From the NCBI GenBank assembly GCA_024626585.2, contig JANKJI020000004.1, forward strand, positions 175,600,022 through 175,622,245: 22,224 nt of DNA. Direction: 5' to 3'. Below, piece after piece: positions 10,751-21,108 of this stretch (position 1 is the stretch's first letter; every line of letters begins with the position of its first letter). Origin of the DNA: Ginkgo biloba. Lineage: Eukaryota > Plantae > Ginkgophyta. Below the pieces are notes generated by a model. That model searched no databases, had not been told where the DNA came from, and saw only the letters and a list, made by a program, of their open reading frames with translations. The position numbers and the translations under genes are program-made.

Positions 10751-10999
10751 CAAGGAGGAAAATGGACCAAGGAAGTTGCTCCCTTGTCTTAGGTAAGAAA
10801 GTGCTACCTTAATTAATAAGGGAGAAAAAAAAATCTAGGGAATAAAATTGATTAAGGGAGGAAATACGTCGCTCCATTTTCTAGGTAAGAAAGTGATCCC
10901 TTATCCCATAAGGGAGAAAAAAGTGACCAAGGGAGGAAAGAAAGTCACTTCTTTGTCCTTTGTCAAAAGTTCTCCCTTACTAAAAAAGGTAGATAAAAT
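10751..10999. repeat. Degenerate tandem repeat, ~92-bp period, 2-3 copies
   Basis: TAGGTAAGAAAGTG occurs at 10790 and 10882, and ATAAGGGAGAAAAAA at 10816 and 10908. A weaker third copy runs to the gap. Confidence 0.65.
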
Positions 11000-11306
11000 N
11001 NNNNNNNNNNNNNNNNNNNNNNNNNNNNNNNNNNNNNNNNNNNNNNNNNNNNNNNNNNNNNNNNNNNNNNNNNNNNNNNNNNNNNNNNNNNNNNNNNNNA
11101 TAATGAATTATGAGAAAATGTATAATAATCCAAATATGTGAGAACATAGGGAAAAAGTCTCTTATATAGTAAAATCCTTAGCCAAACTTAGCAAGGTTAT
11201 AAAAGGGAACATGCCATGCATGCTTTTATGTTAACCTAAAAAATAATAAGTAATATAATATTAAGAATTTGTAGGAATAAAAATATGCCAATGCACACAT
11301 TTTACC

Positions 11307-11314
11307 TATAAATA
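11307..11314 (+). promoter_or_regulatory. TATA box of a putative LTR promoter
   Basis: CCTATAAATAGC followed about 25 bp later by a GA-rich run, in non-coding repeat-flanked context. Confidence 0.3.
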
Positions 11315-11469
11315 GCTAATGGCTAATAAAAGAAAGCGAGAGAGAGAACATCCAAACATAGTAAAAAATATCAAATAAATTGCGCATGGTTATAGCTACC
11401 AATGTAAGCTTAGACCCCATAGAAACAAAATATAACTCCCTCTTATTTTATGGAACATTAAGGACTAAA

Positions 11470-12200
11470 TGACATACACTTATTTATTGGATATTGTTGG
11501 TAGCTTCCATAGTCCTTAGTGAGCTAAGGTGATATATCTAGGGAAGGGAAGGTATATTTCTTAAATTCCTTTATTCCTTGACCAACAATCAACTAAGGAA
11601 GAGAATATAAGGTATATTCCAATTCATTATATGTCTTATACATATATTCCATGGTCCCTAGTGAGCCAAGGCAATCCAATTAGGAAAGAAAAGGTATATT
11701 TCCTAGATTTTTTTATTCCCTGGCCAACAGAAAGTACTTAACCATAGAAGGGAATATGTGATAGATATAGATTTGTTGAATGTATTGTTAATAAATTACT
11801 TAGTATTTGTTAATATAAGGTGACCTAACCAATAATAAAAAGGTATATTCCTTATATTTCCTAATTCTCCATCTATTAACAATGTTGAACTAAGGAAAAA
11901 AATACATGACAAATATCGATTCATTAGATGTCTTATTAGTCATTTTCCTAGTCCCTAGTGAGATAAGGAAATCCAACTAGAGAATATAACATATATTCCT
12001 TATATTACTTATTTTATCATCTAGGAAGTGCTCAACTAAAGAAGGAAATATGTGGTATATACTAATTTATCATATATTTTATTAGCTATTTAATTAGTCC
12101 TTGGTGAGTCCAAACGACCCAACTAGGGAAGGAAAGGTATATTCCTTAGCCAATAGGAAGTGATTGAATAGGGAAGGGAATATGTATTGAATTTATATTC
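11470..12200. repeat. Diverged tandem array, ~148-bp monomer, ~5 copies
   Basis: Anchor GTCC(C/T)T(A/G)GTGAG occurs near 11512, 11654, (11803 degenerate), 11951 and 12107. Anchor AGGTATATT occurs near 11550, 11692, 11841, (11990) and 12135. Confidence 0.85.
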
Positions 12201-12324
12201 ACTAATAGGGTTATGGATGAAGTGGATTAAATCCAAAAGTTAAAATAATGTTGATTATTCTTTTGTGAATGTTGATTTTGATTAAAACCTTAACTAATGA
12301 GCTTGAGATAAAATTTGGATCAAC

Positions 12325-12890
12325 ACTAAAATCCCCATAAAATAAAGATATATTAAGATAAAATTGTATTGATATGTTTGTACCAATGCCTAACATGTCT
12401 CTACCAAGTTTTAGAACTTAAATCTGTCTTTGCAATGAGTAATTAACCCTGGAGTCTCTTAAACCCCATGTATCCATATAAGCTAAAAGTGCTTTAAAAT
12501 AATAACTCTCATCTAGGGCATCTAAAGTAGTTAAGAATTTAAGGTTAACCATTTTTGTATGTATTGAATGCAATAATAACATCCATTTATACTTATTCTA
12601 CCTCTAGCATGCCTAATTGAGCACTTTATTCATTCCTTTACCTAACACATTTGCCTTACCTTTAAATTCTTATTCCTTTGATTTGGTTCCTATTAAATAA
12701 TCTAAAGTTTCCTTTAGTGAGTGGACCTATAATTATTCTATTATTCATGGTGAGTTCCCCATTAAAACAAGGATAAAATTTAATATAAAATTCACCTTCA
12801 GTATTATTTCCTAGGGCATCTCTCTAGGTGGTGCATTTGCACTAGCTAGATTAGAGAGTTATGAAAATATGCTATTAATATTTGATTTAT
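12325..12890 (-). repeat. Dispersed non-coding repeat, copy A (inverted relative to 20555-21108)
   Basis: Its reverse complement aligns collinearly with 20555-21108. For example, ATTTAAAGGTAAGGCAAATGTGTTAGGTAAAGGAATGA aligns with ATTTAATGGTAAGGAAAATGTGTTAGGTAAGGGAATGA. TTTCATAACTCT and TAGGCATTGGTACA are also shared. Confidence 0.8.
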
Positions 12891-14205
12891 ATTCCATGAG
12901 GTATTACCAAGATTATTTATAGAATTTCATGGGTAATATTAATTAAATTTAGTCATTAAAAGGCATTAGTAAGTTGGCATAAATATTTCAATTTCATTCA
13001 TGGACTTTTATCACTAACATAGATACTAATTGTGATTATTATAGCATGGATTGTAGGGTTACATAGAATTAACAATGTAGCATGATCAATATGCATATAA
13101 TCAGTCATATTATAGCTCATTTGTACATCCCTCTTTGTATTCTTATATTTATATGGATGATTATGCACCTTCATATGGTAGTCATTATATTGAGTCAGAG
13201 GCATACACAACTACAATAACTTAGTCATCATACAAGGAAGTGTTTGGTCATCAAAGTGACCCTTAGAAGCTAGGATTAATACAAAAAATGGTGAAATAAG
13301 AAGGAAAGATAGTGCTGATGTATATTAGTTGAANNNNNNNNNNNNNNNNNNNNNNNNNNNNNNNNNNNNNNNNNNNNNNNNNNNNNNNNNNNNNNNNNNN
13401 NNNNNNNNNNNNNNNNNNNNNNNNNNNNNNNNNCAAGCTCATATAGGATACTTCAACTAAGTTTTTTCTTTCCTCCCTTAGCTTTACACTCAATCATCAC
13501 TTCCTACTTTTGATTGCCTTTTGCACTTATCCAGATATCAGTCAGTTCTATCAAAAACCTAATAGTATTCAATCCCCAACCTCACAAAATGTCTTACCCA
13601 TCCAACCTACAATAAGTAGAGAAGGTAGTTAGCTAATATAAAGTATGAGGTTAGTGGAAAATTTTAACTTTAAAGAATTCAAAAGTGGCCCCATTTATGG
13701 GTTAACATGTTTCAACATTGTAAATTATTCTTCATATCCTTAAATTTGGATGTTTATTCCCTTTCCATGAGGTTTGACACTAATGAAGAATATACCATGT
13801 TGAAGTATCAAGCTTAAGTAATTAGAATTCTATGTTCTCAAATAAATTTCAATGAATCTATGCATAATTCTGTTATAAGACAATTGGTAGAAGAAATGTT
13901 GTAAATCTCCCTATTCAAATTTTTTTTGGAACTTCATGATATGTTAATTCATAAGAATTCATGTCTCAATGTTTTGTGTAATTAGTTTAGAAAATATCCA
14001 CAGCTTAATATAGGTGTTGGGTGGTGACTGAATTCCAAGTGTTTGAATTCCATTGCCTTATGCCATCAATCTGTATAGGTTATCCTAATCCAAGGGTGTA
14101 ATCATATCTCTCAAACTTTTGTATTCTTTGTATTCAAGAATGAGTATGTATGGTCTCTCTGTATATTTTGTATAGATTACTATTTATTATATTTATTTTT
14201 TATCA

Positions 14206-15297
14206 TGTAAGTATGTGAATATCAGTAAATTATCATGAACGTGTATGCACTATTTGTGTATAAATCCATGTAAATCAACAAAGTGCATGCACTTCCACAT
14301 ACATTAGAAACAAAATACAGTAAGGGTCTTGGAAGCCCAAATACTTGCTAGAAAATTCTATAATCATGCACCTTCACATGTGTCTCAAGAAAATGACTTG
14401 TACTTACCTTATGAAACCATCAAATCAACTTGTAAAGAATCATTATGCTATCCTATGCATTCAAAATGACTTGCAATCTAAGATCTATGACCATCAATCA
14501 AGAATCTAAGATAAGTCAAAGATAATAATTCATTCATATAATATTCATACCATAAAACCAATACTCTCTCTATTCCACTTGCAAATTTACAAATAATTGC
14601 AAGAAGCCAAGAAACTCAAAGTTGTGTGTGAGGTGAAGCCCTATGTCCTTTTATAAGAGAAGGCTTAGATTACATTTAGTAGATTCCATTAGGAGACATT
14701 CCATGCAATACTTCCTTCAACCTCTAACAACCTCATATAATTTTATTTAANNNNNNNNNNNNNNNNNNNNNNNNNNNNNNNNNNNNNNNNNNNNNNNNNN
14801 NNNNNNNNNNNNNNNNNNNNNNNNNNNNNNNNNNNNNNNNNNNNNNNNNNATAACAATTACAAAGGCAAATTACAAGTGAAATTTTGCTTCGGGGGTGCT
14901 GCCCCTGCACCCCCACCAGGGGGGGCTCCATAGCTGTCGTCGCCCCCCTGGACCCCCTGGCGACACAAGTGGGGGGCAAGCCCCCCACACCCCTCATTGT
15001 GGGACTGGGATCCAAATGCGGCTGAACCAAGACCTCTGAGTTAGGAATATGATTAGGCTCCATAACCAACACAAGTCCTAAAACTTGATAGGCAACTAAC
15101 TTTCATCATTATATAGATCCCGCATTTGACAGAATTAGATTGTCACCTTGGAGTTTGATCTAATCGCTTCCGAAACACTTTGATAATCCCTCCAACACCA
15201 AGAAGGTATATCAATAAGAGTTAGGTCCCAAGAGCTTCCAATTATGATTTTTTAATGTTTTTATTTTGTAACGAAATTAGCCTCAATGGTTTCTACA
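14206..15297 (-). mobile_element. LTR-like segment (U3 with GC hairpins, TATA, R/U5)
   Basis: TGTA...TACA termini at 14206 and 15297, minus-strand TATAAAAGG near 14647-14655, non-coding content, and an internal 100-N gap. There is no matching TSD (TATCA vs CCCTT), so the left boundary is uncertain. An alternative end is 13798, where the minus strand reads TTCAACA followed by TGGTAT. Confidence 0.4.
14892..14993. repeat. GC-rich cluster of three inverted repeats with G/C runs
   Basis: GGGGGTGC/GCACCCCC (14892-14914), CCAGGGGGG/CCCCCCTGG (14916-14951) and GTGGGGGGC/GCCCCCCAC (14969-14988). Confidence 0.85.
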
Positions 15298-15479
15298 CCC
15301 TTATATCAAATTTAATTTATATTCAAAAGAAGAATGTGCACTATTGTAACCTCCACATTTTCCTCGCTAAATTGAATTTCTAAGAAATTTGGGGGATATG
15401 CACTCATTTGTTACAATTTGTCTCTCCTTTCTTAAAACATAAACTCTTTACATTATTCTTTATGGATAGAGTATTCTTT

Positions 15480-17350
15480 TACTAATGTTTTATGATTCTC
15501 TCTTTCCTGAAGCATGGTATTTTGAGTAAATCAAAGTAATATGATATCCTTTGGTACATAAAAATAACCATAAAATAAACTTTGAATATTTGGATAGATG
15601 TGAATAACTTGGCCTATTAGTTATGCTCTTTTCTCCATACACCTTTGGTCTATCATTTTAATACAAAATTTTGTTGGCTAGAGCATAAACCAACCTAATT
15701 ATTTCTATATATTCTTAAAATCAATATTCACCCTTGAGCCTCCATTTATAATGGTATGTTTTAGTTCTCAATCTAGTAACTTTATTGTGATGTATATGGC
15801 ATGGTCCTCCCCAACAGAAAGAGAATATTTCTCTATCAAATTATTGACAATTACATAATTCTTGATTGATTTGCCTATGATCATACATTTATAAATAATG
15901 GTTACTTATGTTGTCCTTAGTCCTAAAATCCTTTTTTATCTTATTGGACCAATATATTTGACATTCCTAGAACTATTAAAAGTAAAGTGGTTAAACTGAC
16001 TAGAATGTTTATTTGGAGAACTTATTATACCAAGTTTATATGATATGGATTTCATGGATTTACATTCTCTATGTTCTCCATCATATCATCATTTTATTAT
16101 ACTTTATATAACCTCTAAGGATATGCCTCTTGGGACACATCATAGACTCTTTGAGATTGAATCCTCTTTGGTGGTTTATTATTTTATAATTTATTATTGT
16201 CTCACTAATATTTTATAAACACTCTTTTTCTACTAAAGTATTAAGATATTATTGCATGGATATACTCTAAATCTATAAATCATATGTGTTTTCCTTCTTA
16301 ATGGTTTACTTTATCATTATTATTCAAAAAAATATTATCTACATGGTATTTAAGCCTACATCATCATAATAACATTGTGTCACCTTGGTTATAATGTGGG
16401 AAATCCTTAGATAAAATACCCCCACTCTTTAAACTTATAATATTAGATAATCAGATGTCTAGTCAAGTTATAACTCACCCATGTCCTCCAACCATCTTGA
16501 TTTGTCATTCAATTTTGCGTAGAGAAAAATTCCTATAGACATTTCCTTGACATTCATTACCTCCTCCATACTTTTAGGGTATGCATTTTTTTTATCTAAA
16601 TATAATTAATCATCTTGTATCTTCTTCTTATTCCTTGGATTATAATTGTAATCATTTGTATCATAATTTTTTACTTTACAAATATCATAGTACTTATTTG
16701 GCTTGGGGCATTCTCCCTCCAAGTGCCCTTCTGCTTTGCATTGGTGCACTAAATTTCTTTTGGTTTTTTCTTTTTATTCATTGACAACTCCTCTACAATC
16801 TGCATCATATACTAGCAAAAGTTTGCAACTAAGTCTAGTTCCTCATCATCTCCACTAGACATTTTCCCTTATCATGACTCAGNNNNNNNNNNNNNNNNNN
16901 NNNNNNNNNNNNNNNNNNNNNNNNNNTCATAGGAAGTGGATGGTATAACTTTCATCTTTTTCTTATATTTCGGCAATAGCCCTTCCATGAACCAACACCG
17001 ATTCAAATCGTTTGTTACTCGAGACTCCATTTTCTTCATGAATCCTTTTGATCACCTATGATACAAACAAACGCTTTCACCTTTCTGTTTTTTTCAAATT
17101 ATCAATTCCGTCGATGATTTCTCCATCATTCCNNNNNNNNNNNNNNNNNNNNNNNNNNNNNNNNNNNNNNNNNNNNNNNNNNNNNNNNNNNNNNNNNNNN
17201 NNNNNNNNNNNNNNNNNNNNNNNNNNNNNNNNTATATGACCTGAGTCTTCCATATCTTGAGTTCTTTTTCGAACAAGAACTCTAAAATGTGTAGGGGTTT
17301 TCATTCAGACATGCTTAGGATTTTCATTACTTTCCCCCGAATATTAAAGT
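15480..17350 (-). pseudogene. Degenerate Ty3/gypsy gag-protease region
   Basis: Minus-strand order: YSGESNENPKH; Gag core NDGEIIDGIDNLK..KGESVCLYHR*SKGFMKKMES...RCWFMEGLLPKYKKKMKVIPSTSY (16927-17132); CCHC knuckle CTxCKAEGHLEGECP (16705-16748) plus further decayed knuckles; protease TIINGGSRVNI...LG...L*PTKFCIKMIDQRC (~15630-15757, catalytic D>N). Confidence 0.85.
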
Positions 17351-17365
17351 TATGAGGTATGTAAC

Positions 17366-18427
17366 AAAACCCCATCAATAAGTTTCTTGTTGGACCAAAA
17401 CAAAATTAGATTCTTTGAAAATTATAATCAATAATAGAAAAATTATCAGCAGTAAGAACTATTATCATTTAAAGGGACCCCTAGCTATGAACCACCTATT
17501 TATGCACATAGTATAAAATAAAATAATGTATGTTCCAAACCTCTACATAATTTTCTATAGATTCCAACCTCTAATAGAAAAATAATCTCCCTCCTCCTTA
17601 CATTCAATTATATGGTTTCCCTCAACGTGTATCTAAACCCAAATTAGGTTAAATTCAAGATGGATAGACCTTCATGGTGGAGGGGAGGAACCCCTCTTCC
17701 TCCATCAAAACCCTAACCCTAGCAAAGATATTTTTCTTCTTTTATCCTAAAGACTTTTAATTAAATAGTATTAACACTTTACCAAAGATAAGTATACAAT
17801 ATATGATGTAATATTATCAATATACTCCATGAAGGATCTATCTTTTATGATCACTTATCACATTATTCATTGTGTACTTAAATATGGGAGAAATTTTAAT
17901 ATTTTGTTATTCCATTCGCTTATTGAACCAATGAACTCACCATCGATAACTATACAAAACCAACCTAAGAAGTTCTCTAGAGAATAAAACCTCTAAGGAT
18001 TTTCTCATTGGACCAAAATAAAATGAGATTCTATAAAAATTATAGTAAGAAATATAAAAATGATCAACAATAAGAACTTTTATCATTCAAAGGGACCCCA
18101 GGATATGAACTGCCTCTTTGTGCATAGAACATGAAATAAAATAATAGATGCTCCAAACCTCCACACAATTTTTGATAGGAACCAATATCTAATCCAAAAA
18201 TAATCTCCCTCCTCCTTAGGTTCAATTATATGGTTTCCCTCAATAATTTATCTATACCCAAATTGGGTTAAAGGCAGGATGGATCAAACTTCATGGTGGA
18301 GGGTAGGTTCCTCTCCTTCCTCCATCAAAACCTTAACCTTAGAAGAGATATTTTTGTTCTTTTGTCCTAAGTAATTTTAATCAAATATAATTAACACTTT
18401 ACTAAAGATAAGTATAAAATATATGAT
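17366..18427. repeat. Direct tandem duplication, ~620-bp period (second copy cut by gap)
   Basis: TGGACCAAAA occurs at 17391 and 18009. AAAATAATCTCCCTCCTCCTTA, TTCAATTATATGGTTTCCCTCAA and CTTCCTCCATCAAAACC are shared. Both copies align through AATATATGAT (17807 and 18427). Confidence 0.9.
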
Positions 18428-19399
18428 NNNNNNNNNNNNNNNNNNNNNNNNNNNNNNNNNNNNNNNNNNNNNNNNNNNNNNNNNNNNNNNNNNNNNNNNN
18501 NNNNNNNNNNNNNNNNNNNNNNNNNNNCCAAATTCATTTATTTAATTTCTATATTTAATTTGTTTATTATCCTATGTGTTAATTACAAGATTGATTTATT
18601 ATGCTAATTCCAAAAGTAGCCTCCTAAATTCATGCACTTATAATCTATAATTTATGTATAGTATGTGAGAGTGAGGAGCGAGGGACAAGAAGAAATTAAA
18701 GAAAATTCATTCAAAGGTATATATATCCAAGCATGTGGATTTCTCTCTCTTTTATCATTGGTTTGTGTTTTGGAGTGTTTTTACATAAGGTATATTGATC
18801 ATCTATTTTTATTAAGTTATGCATTCCATATCCCAAATACCTATACCTTGTCCAACCCATAAAGCATAACAAATTTCACCAATAGGCCAACATATAGCAA
18901 TTGGAACAAGGTGATATCTATTTTAATTTCTTGTTATTACTTAATTTTTTTCATCTTAAAGGGAATCCCCAAACATAAACTATATGTTGAAAGTACTCCA
19001 AATTATTGAAGCATATCAAGAGAGTATAATTTTCGTTTATAATGGAGAAGTCAAGCTAAGAAAATTCAATCTAGAAGATCCTCTACTATATCTAAAAGTA
19101 GTTTTCCTTATTCAACTTGTTATGATTTTCTTTTCTCTAGATGTTTCTTGTATGTTTTATACATTGTATGATACTATTTGTGATATTTGAATAATGTATA
19201 GAGGATGTTCTTGCAAGTAATTATATAATTTAAATATATAAATAACAATATTATTATAATCAAGAGAAAATAAAATATATTTAAGATCCCAAATAGGCAT
19301 TTACTAATGATATTGGTAAATAATAACACTTAAAATTGATAAATAAAATAAACACATAGTTAGAAATGATCTTCAATAATAATTTTAATATTACTAGTC

Positions 19400-19842
19400 A
19401 TGTTGGTCAAAAGTTGATAAGACCATAATCATGATTAAAGAAGATATGGGAGAACCTGCTTTCTATAAGATTTCTACTAGAATAGAAATTAGAGAGAGAA
19501 TAAAATAAGTGGTTTTGAAGAAGGAAGAAGAACCTTATTCCTAATCACCCTTATTCTTACAAGAAGATAAGTGGAAAATACTAAAGTTTTTTAACAATAA
19601 ATAAGAGGGAATTAGGGCTTGTATATAGCTTAAACTCCAATGCTTTATAACATGTTATTACCAAGTTGGTTGGGACTATTTTTTACCTCCCAATTTTATC
19701 TTATTGATTTAAAATGAAAGTGCCCTTACTATAGCTTACTTAGGAGGATTTCATAATTTGATTAAGGGTTATTTTTCTGTTAACATATAGGATCTTTGGG
19801 ATTTCACTTTTTAGAACACTATTGTGTTTAGGAAACATGTCA
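19400..19842 (-). mobile_element. Candidate 3' LTR of the chromovirus fragment (left boundary unknown)
   Basis: On the minus strand, TG at 19842 comes shortly after PPT AAGAGGGG (19849-19856). A TATA-like CTATATAC near 19621-19628 is followed by a CT-rich tract. Confidence 0.35.
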
Positions 19843-20223
19843 TATATACCCCTCTTAAAATTCTTTATCCTCAAATCATTTTCAAGCTTTGTTTGCTTAT
19901 ATGAAAGTCTTTGACCCACAAATCACATATTCTTTTTCTAGCTTCTTTTATTCGATGAAAAATTCTTGAATTTATTTATAATGGAGATACTTTATACTAA
20001 TTTCTAATATTCCTTCTACTCTAGTACTATTTTTCCCTTTTGTATTGAATACTAATAGTTATGTTTAAGGAACTAAATTCTTATCAATTTTCTTATTAAG
20101 TCATGATACGTGAAATACGTTGTGTTTTTATCCTTTATTTAGAAAGTTAATTATATATGTAATTTATCCAACCATTGTACATATTTTATAGGGGCCATAA
20201 AACTTCAATATGAGTTTATTTTT
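19843..20223 (-). pseudogene. Chromovirus (Ty3/gypsy) integrase C-terminus: GPY/F module, chromodomain, PPT
   Basis: KLILKFYGPYKI...VG*ITY...HNVFHVS*LNK...KGK...EGILEI...IQEFFIE*KKLEKEYVIC...FEDK, then TTTTAAGAGGGG. Confidence 0.8.
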
Positions 20224-20554
20224 NNNNNNNNNNNNNNNNNNNNNNNNNNNNNNNNNNNNNNNNNNNNNNNNNNNNNNNNNNNNNNNNNNNNNNNNNNNNN
20301 NNNNNNNNNNNNNNNNNNNNNNNAATTCATAAGAAAAAGGAAAAAAGGTCATTGATAAAGAAATAAGCACTTATAATAAACCCTACTATAAAAATATCTT
20401 ACCCTCTTACAAAGCCTTATGATTTTTGGGACATCATAAAATATATATATTTATTTTTATTACTTACATTTATCATTCAAAATCCTTAACATCCATAAGA
20501 ACTTTGGGATTTCTTCTAAAATTCTTTGAAGTCCCTTAGAAACCACAAGAAACT

Positions 20555-21108
20555 AAGGGAATGTTGATGGTAGATTTCATAACTCTATGATTTGACAAGT
20601 CTAGATGCACCCCTACGGAGTCACCTTAGGAAACAAGGTTAAAGGAGAATTTTAGATTGAATTTTTACCCTAGTTGAATGGGGGGATTGCCCCTAGCAAT
20701 AGACTTATTAGTGATCTTCTTACTAAAGGTAACACTAGATTTGTTTCCAAGCAATAGAGAAAAAGATGAAAGGATTTAATGGTAAGGAAAATGTGTTAGG
20801 TAAGGGAATGATCCTAGTACTCATTTAGGAATTCCATAGGCAGAATGAGAAAAAATAGATGTCACTATTATATTCAAGGCATATGAAAAATAGTTATCCC
20901 TAAAGTTTTGACTATTGCAAACACCCAAGTTGAGAGTTCTTAGTTTAAAAGACTTTTANNNNNNNNNNNNNNNNNNNNNNNNNNNNNNNNNNNNNNNNNN
21001 NTTATAGATATGGATTCCATATTTAAAACTTAATAAGTACATTATAGGCATTGGTACATACATGCCTATAAAATTTTGGTTCAATCCAACTTCATTTGAT
21101 GTGATTTC
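20555..21108 (+). repeat. Dispersed non-coding repeat, copy B (inverted relative to 12325-12890)
   Basis: Collinear similarity to the reverse complement of 12325-12890, continuing across the small gap at 20959-21001. Confidence 0.8.

Noticed and set aside
11470-12200. Regularly spaced motifs as a possible CRISPR array
   Set aside because: Whole units are similar to each other, there are no unique spacers and no cas genes, and the context is eukaryotic transposon DNA.
14743-15072. 109-aa minus ORF through the GC island
   Set aside because: It is open only because of high GC and an N gap, and has no recognisable domain.
14092-15302. 9-bp inverted match AAGGGTGTA / TACACCCTT as DNA-transposon TIRs
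   Set aside because: The match is short, there is no TSD or transposase, and the interior looks LTR-like.
17708-17722. Telomere-like repeat as an interstitial telomere
   Set aside because: There are only two units, so it is treated as a telo-box-like motif within the 620-bp repeat.
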